A stretch of DNA of 44,124 nucleotides from an uncultured Thermococci archaeon (GTDB taxonomy: Archaea > Methanobacteriota_B > Thermococci > Thermococcales > Thermococcaceae). Below the pieces are notes generated by a model. The model was not told where the DNA came from. It worked only from the letters and a program-made list of their open reading frames with translations, and made no database searches. Each line of letters starts with the position of its first letter. The first letter of the stretch is position 1. The stretch spans positions 1-44,124 of the forward strand of contig CAZAPD010000030.1 of assembly GCA_964487115.1 (NCBI GenBank), given 5' to 3'. Positions 38,312 through 44,124 of this stretch are shown here, one piece after another. The translations under genes were made by a program, and so were the position numbers.

Positions 38312-39742
38312 ATGATACCGAGAACAATGAGTACTCAACATCCTGATAATGTATTTATTCCATTCTTTGCTCAAGAACCCACCCTTGGAGGGGAAGATGA
38401 GGTAACGGAGGCATTTTACGCCTTCAGCGTTCTTGGGATAGAGGAGCAGATGTGGGACTTTGAGGGCAAAGAGGTGGATGAGTTTGTCGTCAAAAAACTC
38501 CTTGAGAGGCATGGTTACTTTTTTAAGGAACACAGGCTTGGAGAAGAGTTTAGGTTAACACCAAGAGTCCCGAACCCAACTGTTGAAAAAACTGAAGCAA
38601 AGCTTTTGCTTGAAACTCTGGAGAGCATTCCACGTTCAGCAGATTATGCAAAAGTTTTCTACGGTGAGGAGATAATCCCAATATTTGAGATTATCCTGCC
38701 AATGACAACCTCTTCTGAGGAGATTGAACGAGTTTATGAGCTCTACAAACGCTACATTGCAGGAAAACAGTACAAGAGAGTCTATGATGTAAAGATATAT
38801 GAATGGATAGGGGAGTTTTTCCCCAAGGAGATAAGCGTAATTCCCCTCTTCGAGACGAAAGAGGCCATCTTAAATGCCCATGAAATTCTTGAGGAGTATA
38901 TGACCGGGAAGAACTTTGAATACCAGCGTATCTTTTTAGCGCGGAGCGATCCAGCTATGAACTACGGCTTGATAAGTGCAGTTCTCTATGACAAATATGC
39001 CCTATTTAAGCTCCAAGAGCTTGAGGAGGAAATGGGGGTTGAGATATATCCCATAATCGGTGTTGGGGGAGTGCCCTTTAGGGGACATCTTATTCCTGGG
39101 AACGTTAGAGGCGTTTTAGAGGAATACAAAGGTGTTCAGACTTTTACAATTCAGAGCTCGTTTAAGTACGACAATCCTCCAAAAGAGGTTATAAAAGCTG
39201 TGGAAAAAATAAAGTCCTCCAAAAGGAGGAAAACTGAGGCAGTAGATGAGAAGATATTTGAACTCCTTTCAAAATACGAGAGGGCGTATTCAACAGAACT
39301 CAGAGCTTTAGCACCGCTTATAAGGGAAGTGGCAAAATACGTCCCTTCAAGGAGAAGACGAAAGCTTCACATTGGTCTTTTTGGATACTCAAGGGAGGTT
39401 AACGGCTTAGCTCTACCCAGAGCAATAAAATTCACCGCATCACTATATTCCATTGGTGCTCCACCCGAGCTCTTGGGCTTGAGTGCTTTAAGCGAGAGTG
39501 AATTGGACAAAATCAGCGAGTACTATAAAGGCCTCTACAGAGACCTGAAATTTGCCTTGATGTATTTCAACGCAAGAGCAGCCGAGAAGTTCAAGTTCTT
39601 AAAACCTATTGCCGATCTTCAAAAGGAGTTCGGAGTCGAGCCTGTAAAAGAGCACGAAGTGATAACCACAAGAATTCTAAGCGGAGAGCTGAGTCAGGAA
39701 CTGGTGGTTGAAGCTGCGGGGATAAGGAGATTTCTTGGTTAA
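38312..39742 (+). CDS. ppcA: Archaeal-type phosphoenolpyruvate carboxylase
   Basis: MIPRTMSTQHPDN; EQMWDFEGK; RLTPRVPNP; FEIILPMT; VIPLFE; RIFLARSDPAMNYG; PFRGH; LPRAIKFTASLYSIG. Confidence 0.96.
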   Translation: MIPRTMSTQHPDNVFIPFFAQEPTLGGEDEVTEAFYAFSVLGIEEQMWDFEGKEVDEFVVKKLLERHGYFFKEHRLGEEFRLTPRVPNPTVEKTEAKLLLETLESIPRSADYAKVFYGEEIIPIFEIILPMTTSSEEIERVYELYKRYIAGKQYKRVYDVKIYEWIGEFFPKEISVIPLFETKEAILNAHEILEEYMTGKNFEYQRIFLARSDPAMNYGLISAVLYDKYALFKLQELEEEMGVEIYPIIGVGGVPFRGHLIPGNVRGVLEEYKGVQTFTIQSSFKYDNPPKEVIKAVEKIKSSKRRKTEAVDEKIFELLSKYERAYSTELRALAPLIREVAKYVPSRRRRKLHIGLFGYSREVNGLALPRAIKFTASLYSIGAPPELLGLSALSESELDKISEYYKGLYRDLKFALMYFNARAAEKFKFLKPIADLQKEFGVEPVKEHEVITTRILSGELSQELVVEAAGIRRFLG

Positions 39743-39821
39743 TTTCGTTCTAACCATTTTTAATCTCAGCGAAAGTTTTAAATACAAAAAGTTATTAAAA
39801 ACTTAAGGTGGAGGTGAGAAA

Positions 39822-40283
39822 ATGGCGGAAATGATAATACCCTACCCCCAGCTCAAGAAAATTCTTGAAAGAACTTGTGAACTGGCTGTGATAAAACCTC
39901 GCGCTGAGGAGATGATGGATATAGTTGAGAAGAAGCTCTCTGACCTCTTTGAAGTTGCCTATGAAAACGCGAAAGCCGAAAGGAGTAAGACTATAAGGCT
40001 CAGAAACGTCCCGATAACCAAAGGATTCAAGAGTTCCCTTAATCTCTTTAGAACAGTTATAGAGGAGGAAAAGGTTCAGATAGAGCCAATAAGGAAGTAT
40101 GTCCTTAAGAAAATACCGGGAGACATGCCACTGGAAGAGGATGTTGTAAACGAGCTCCCAATCATAGCGGGAACACTCTTTGTTCTTGTTGGAAGGGTCA
40201 TTAAAGCTCTCCATCCGGAGATAAAGAATGTCTACCCCGAGCACATCGAAGAAGCAGGAAAAGTGCTGGATTACACGCTCTGA
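39822..40283 (+). CDS. DUF1931-family histone-fold protein
   Basis: [17 protein letters not shown]...[12 protein letters not shown]...LP.IAG.L...RVIKAL.P..KN...EHIEEA; GGAGGTGA RBS. Confidence 0.8.
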   Translation: MAEMIIPYPQLKKILERTCELAVIKPRAEEMMDIVEKKLSDLFEVAYENAKAERSKTIRLRNVPITKGFKSSLNLFRTVIEEEKVQIEPIRKYVLKKIPGDMPLEEDVVNELPIIAGTLFVLVGRVIKALHPEIKNVYPEHIEEAGKVLDYTL

Positions 40284-40369
40284 TCGCCTATGTTTCCAGT
40301 GGCTCTTATTTTACTTTATCTTGATAGAAAAATTTTTAAAAGATAGACGTTATTCTTTCCGGTGGTTAA

Positions 40370-41521
40370 ATGAGAAAATTTGCAGTGCCCCTGATGCTCT
40401 TCTTGCTGCTCGTTCCCCTCGTTTCAGGAGCAACCCTGAACTGTTCAGATAAAGTTCACGGCAACGAGGTCATTTGTCACCTCGAAGGCTCCGGCAAGGG
40501 AAGACTCTACTTAAGGAGCGTTGACGGAGTTTCCTCCGGCGGCTATACTATAATCATCACGGACGCAACCGGTCGCGAGAGGATTTCTTCGAGCCAAGAG
40601 CAGGAAACCTTTGTCCTCCCAGCTAACATAACGTTTTATCCGGAGAACATCCTAAACGACGTAATTGACGGATACCTCACCTTCCAGCCCTACTGGGTAG
40701 TTCTCAACAAGTGGCACTCTTTTGTCTTCGAGTTTCAGGAGAATGATGGAATCTCTGGGACGTTTAAAGTCGAGCTTTACCTCGAAGGGAAGCCCGAGTG
40801 GGGGGAGGTCAAAGAGGACTTCATGGCATCCCTCCTGGCCTCTCTGGTGGTTGGGCTGGTTGTTTTGGCAGGCTTCGGTCTGATCTGTCTCCTCAAGAAC
40901 AGGGGGCCTGGTTTAAGGGGTACGATGTTTGCCCTCGCATTTGGAGTGTTTTCATTATTTTTCACGCTGAACTTCCTTGGGCCGGCCCTCTTCACGTTCC
41001 TCTACTACAACTTCGGGAGCGGAACGGGCCTTTGGGGAGACGTCATGTTCGGCTGGGGGATCTGGGTTCTGAGTGTAATGCTTTCGGTTTACCTCACCGT
41101 GTACCTCCTCATAACGCCGGAACTGGAAGCGTTGGCTTATTCAAAGCCCCTCAAGGCCCTGAAGAACCAAAAACTCGGGCTCTGTTCCGGCCTTGGGTGG
41201 ATTCCCTTTATGATGGTCGCGTATCTCCAGATAAACTCGACTCCCCTCATCATCGGTCTCGTGGCAGTTTCCGTAGTTCTGGGCATGTTTTCTCAGGATA
41301 TTCCTGAAAGGATTAAACCGGAGGGGGTTCTCTTCATCAACCTCACCCTCGTTGGCGTGCTCTGGTTTGCACTTCGTCCGGACTTACCTTTCCTTGGAAT
41401 ATTGGTGATTCTCTTCATGCTGGTTTACTCGATTCAGAGGAAGTGCCTTTCCAAGTTTGCCCTGGAAAAAGAGCGCCTCGTTAGGGAGGTCGAAAACAGG
41501 GTAAAGATGATTGGGGGATAA
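40370..41521 (+). CDS. Hypothetical membrane protein (signal peptide, extracellular domain, ~7 TM helices)
   Basis: MRKFAVPLMLFLLLVPLVSG; soluble N-domain with a Cys pair; several hydrophobic segments; charged C-terminal helix. Confidence 0.8.
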   Translation: MRKFAVPLMLFLLLVPLVSGATLNCSDKVHGNEVICHLEGSGKGRLYLRSVDGVSSGGYTIIITDATGRERISSSQEQETFVLPANITFYPENILNDVIDGYLTFQPYWVVLNKWHSFVFEFQENDGISGTFKVELYLEGKPEWGEVKEDFMASLLASLVVGLVVLAGFGLICLLKNRGPGLRGTMFALAFGVFSLFFTLNFLGPALFTFLYYNFGSGTGLWGDVMFGWGIWVLSVMLSVYLTVYLLITPELEALAYSKPLKALKNQKLGLCSGLGWIPFMMVAYLQINSTPLIIGLVAVSVVLGMFSQDIPERIKPEGVLFINLTLVGVLWFALRPDLPFLGILVILFMLVYSIQRKCLSKFALEKERLVREVENRVKMIGG

Positions 41522-41523
41522 CC

Positions 41524-42168
41524 ATGACCTTTGAGCAGCTGGTATCTCACGGCGGGGGAATGGCCTTTCAGGAGATTCTCAATACGATACGGGACAATAT
41601 ACTGTGGATACTTGCACTGGTATTCTTCATAGTGGCAAGCTGGGTTTTTGAAACAGTGAAGCTTGTCAGTGGGGAAGTTCCTGATGCAAAGAAACAAGAT
41701 AACAGACTCGGAACGCTTGATCTGTTGGGAGCAACGCTCTTTCTCTCGGGGCTTATATATGCACTTCTGATATATCCTCTCATGTGGGTGATTCCTGGAG
41801 ATGTCCTCGACGTGTATGTACCGGCGCTCTTTGCGTTCTCCTTTATACTCTCCCAGGCTGTCTTCCACCGGGAGGAGCTAAGAACAGGAGTGAGAATCTC
41901 TACTGGTTTGGAGTGGATGTCCCTTTCGGCGTTGTTGTATCCTTCTCTTTCGTTTATTTCCATCCTTTATCCAGTGCTCCTGCTCCTTGGGAGGATTGGA
42001 AAGGTCAGGAGGCCTCTCAGGAGGGTTTCTCCTTACATCTCGGCAATCTGGTTCGGTCTGGGTTTCTACCTGGGAGTGTTCCCCCTAAAAGCGGTCTTCT
42101 TCTTGGTCCCTGCGTTCCTTGTATACTTATGGTTTCTCCTGCCCTTGAGAAAATGGGGAAAACACTAA
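41524..42168 (+). CDS. Hypothetical polytopic membrane protein
   Basis: About 6 hydrophobic segments; starts 2 nt after the previous stop (alternative start 41560); stop overlaps the convergent peptidase stop. Confidence 0.75.
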   Translation: MTFEQLVSHGGGMAFQEILNTIRDNILWILALVFFIVASWVFETVKLVSGEVPDAKKQDNRLGTLDLLGATLFLSGLIYALLIYPLMWVIPGDVLDVYVPALFAFSFILSQAVFHREELRTGVRISTGLEWMSLSALLYPSLSFISILYPVLLLLGRIGKVRRPLRRVSPYISAIWFGLGFYLGVFPLKAVFFLVPAFLVYLWFLLPLRKWGKH

Positions 42169-44060
42169 CTCTTCAGCCACCTCTCCATCCACCCCACTAT
42201 CAGCTCCAATCTCCTAACCCTGTGCTTCGGCTTCCCAGTCCTGCTGAGGTCGTGGTTCTCTCCAGAGAAGAGGGCGAGCTCAACCGTCTTGCCAAGATAT
42301 TTCAAAGCCGTGTAGAACTGGAGAGCCTCCGGAAGCCAGCAGCGGTAGTCCTCCATGGAGTGGATTATGAGGAGGGGCGTTTTGACGTTTGGAGCATACT
42401 TCAGCGGGCTCTTCTCCCAGTAGCCATCGAGGTTGCTCCATGGGTCTCCTTCGATTTGATCCGGAGCGAAGTAGTAGCCTATGTCCGTCGTTCCAAAGAA
42501 GCTTACCCAGTTCGAGATGGAGCGCTGGGTCACAGCGGCCTTAAAGCGCTTCGTGTGCCCAACTATCCAGTTCGTCATGAAGCCGCCGTAAGAACCCCCA
42601 GTAACACCTACGCGCTCTGGGTCGATGAAATCGAAGCGCTTCAATGCTTCATCAACGACCTCCATCAGATCTTTGTAATCCCTCTCGCCGTAGTGTCCCC
42701 TGATGTCGGCAAAATCCTCCCCATAACCGTCGCTTCCCCGCGGGTTGGAGAATATCACCACAAATCCCTTAGCTGTCAGAACGTGGAACTCATGCATGAA
42801 GGAGTAGCCGTAAGCCGTCTTCGGCCCGCCGTGAATCTCAAGAATTGCAGGATACTTCTTTCCGGCCTTGAAGTTGATGGGTTTCATAATCCAAGCATCA
42901 ATCTCCACGCCATCGCTCGCCTTAACCTTAAAGTGCTCCGGTTTTGAAAGGGTGTAGCTTTTAATCCACTCATTGAAGTTTGTTAGCCTCTTCTCCTTCC
43001 CGTCCCTCAAAATGTAGAGCTCCGTTGGCGTTAGGGCATCTTGGGCGGTGAAAGCTATGTAGTCCCCAACAGCGAAGCTTTCCACGCTCCTATCTCCACC
43101 TATGAGTCTTTCGATTTTTCCATTAAGGTTAACCCTGAAGAGATGTGCCCTTGGCCCATCTGTTGTCACATAGTAAATCCAGCCTTCCTTAAAAACTAAC
43201 TCGGCCCTCTGACTTCCACGGACATCACAGTTGAGCGAGTTGTATGCAGAGCGGTCGAGGTCTTTGGTGAGCTTCTTTAACTCATTCGTCTCAGTATCGT
43301 AGAAGTAGATGTGCGTGTTGGTCGGTATCCCGCGCTCGAGGGTGCTGGCCTTGAGGATGAATTTGTCATCAAGTGGTATGAAGTCGCTTATGCGCCACTT
43401 TGAGTCGGTGAGCTTTCTAACTTTTCGTCCTTCGAGGACAAAGAGGTCGCTTATCATTGGCTGCTTTTCCCTGTCTTCTTGAGCAATGAAATAGAGCTTC
43501 CCATCGTGAAAGCGGATTTGGGAGACATCGAGGTTTTTCGGTGTTAGCCTTTTCCTCCTGCCGGTCTCGAGGTCAACGAGATAGACCACACTTCTCTTTC
43601 CGTAGATCCAGCCAATACCGTTGAACCAGAAGGGGAGCTCCTTAATCAGGTGAACATCATCTTTGGGCTTCTTTTCGACGTCTATCGGCGTTATCACAGC
43701 TATACTCTTTCCATCTCCGGTGAAGCGGAGATCTTTGATTCCATATTTGAATTTCTTCAGCAGACGGGCTTCACCACCGCCAGTGGGGATAACGTACAGC
43801 TCAGCCTCCTTGCTCTCCTTGTCGCGCTTTGATGTAAAGGCTATGAGCTTCCCGTCGGGGGAAAAGCGCGGGTTTCCATCTTTATTTCCTGATGTGAATG
43901 GTCTGACCTTCCTCCCGTCGTAGAGGTAGAGCCTTGAGAGGTAGTCGTCCTTCTCAACGCTTATCTCTGTCACCTGAAAGACGAGCTTTCTGCCAAAGAC
44001 GTCGATGTTGCCGACGAGTTTGAATTTTCCGAGGTCTTTCTCGGTTATGCCTCTAACCAT
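42165..44060 (-). CDS. S9-family prolyl oligopeptidase / acylaminoacyl peptidase
   Basis: PD40-like propeller (PRFSPDGKLIAFTS); EIHGGP; NPRGSDGYG; nucleophile GGSYGG; IIHSMEDYRC; GENHDL. Confidence 0.95.
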   Translation of the reverse strand: MVRGITEKDLGKFKLVGNIDVFGRKLVFQVTEISVEKDDYLSRLYLYDGRKVRPFTSGNKDGNPRFSPDGKLIAFTSKRDKESKEAELYVIPTGGGEARLLKKFKYGIKDLRFTGDGKSIAVITPIDVEKKPKDDVHLIKELPFWFNGIGWIYGKRSVVYLVDLETGRRKRLTPKNLDVSQIRFHDGKLYFIAQEDREKQPMISDLFVLEGRKVRKLTDSKWRISDFIPLDDKFILKASTLERGIPTNTHIYFYDTETNELKKLTKDLDRSAYNSLNCDVRGSQRAELVFKEGWIYYVTTDGPRAHLFRVNLNGKIERLIGGDRSVESFAVGDYIAFTAQDALTPTELYILRDGKEKRLTNFNEWIKSYTLSKPEHFKVKASDGVEIDAWIMKPINFKAGKKYPAILEIHGGPKTAYGYSFMHEFHVLTAKGFVVIFSNPRGSDGYGEDFADIRGHYGERDYKDLMEVVDEALKRFDFIDPERVGVTGGSYGGFMTNWIVGHTKRFKAAVTQRSISNWVSFFGTTDIGYYFAPDQIEGDPWSNLDGYWEKSPLKYAPNVKTPLLIIHSMEDYRCWLPEALQFYTALKYLGKTVELALFSGENHDLSRTGKPKHRVRRLELIVGWMERWLKS

Positions 44061-44124
44061 AGAAACCACCGGGTTAACTGGGTCTTTTTCGTATAAAAGC
44101 TTAGCGTTTCGATGGATATCGAGA

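Noticed and set aside
40798..41307. 169-aa alternative-frame ORF
   Set aside because: Nested in the 40370-41521 gene; Pro/Arg/Gly-rich composition typical of an off-frame read.
41784..42947. 387-aa plus-strand ORF
   Set aside because: Mostly antisense to the S9 peptidase catalytic domain and out of frame within the membrane gene; no motifs; a shadow ORF expected from GC-richer codon use.
42165..44060. GC patchiness within the S9 peptidase gene
   Set aside because: Sampled lines differ only modestly (32/60 at 42541 versus 26/60 at 43081), too little to claim mosaicism without a computed GC3 profile.

Overview
Chromosomal window from a Thermococcales archaeon (Thermococcus/Pyrococcus/Palaeococcus-like; GGAGG/GGTGA RBSs, TTTATA-type promoters). 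The first part holds rpl7ae-rps28e-rpl24e and a truncated ndk, an orphan secreted protein, a Zn-finger protein, a membrane-anchored HTH regulator and a PUA/PAPS-reductase-like/ferredoxin fusion. Next is a complete archaellum cluster (earA, methyltransferase, one archaellin, arlC-D/E-F-G-H-I-J and a coupled surface protein) with EarA-type TACATA boxes. Then come an amidohydrolase, a GC-mosaic asnS, tRNA-Arg(UCU) and a divergent birA-ECF / bioY biotin locus with a BirA operator. The last part has a 12.4-kb gene for a ~4,150-aa surface protein, ppcA, a DUF1931 histone-fold protein, two membrane proteins and an S9 peptidase. The strongest candidate for an undescribed system is the giant protein. 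It carries a transglutaminase-like module lacking the catalytic Cys, followed by a Cys-containing hydrophobic helical segment, on a long Ig-repeat/beta-propeller/PKD stalk that ends in a pyrolysin-type C-terminal tail. It may be a surface-tethered adhesin or contact-dependent effector. All family calls are from motif recognition by eye; no searches were run.
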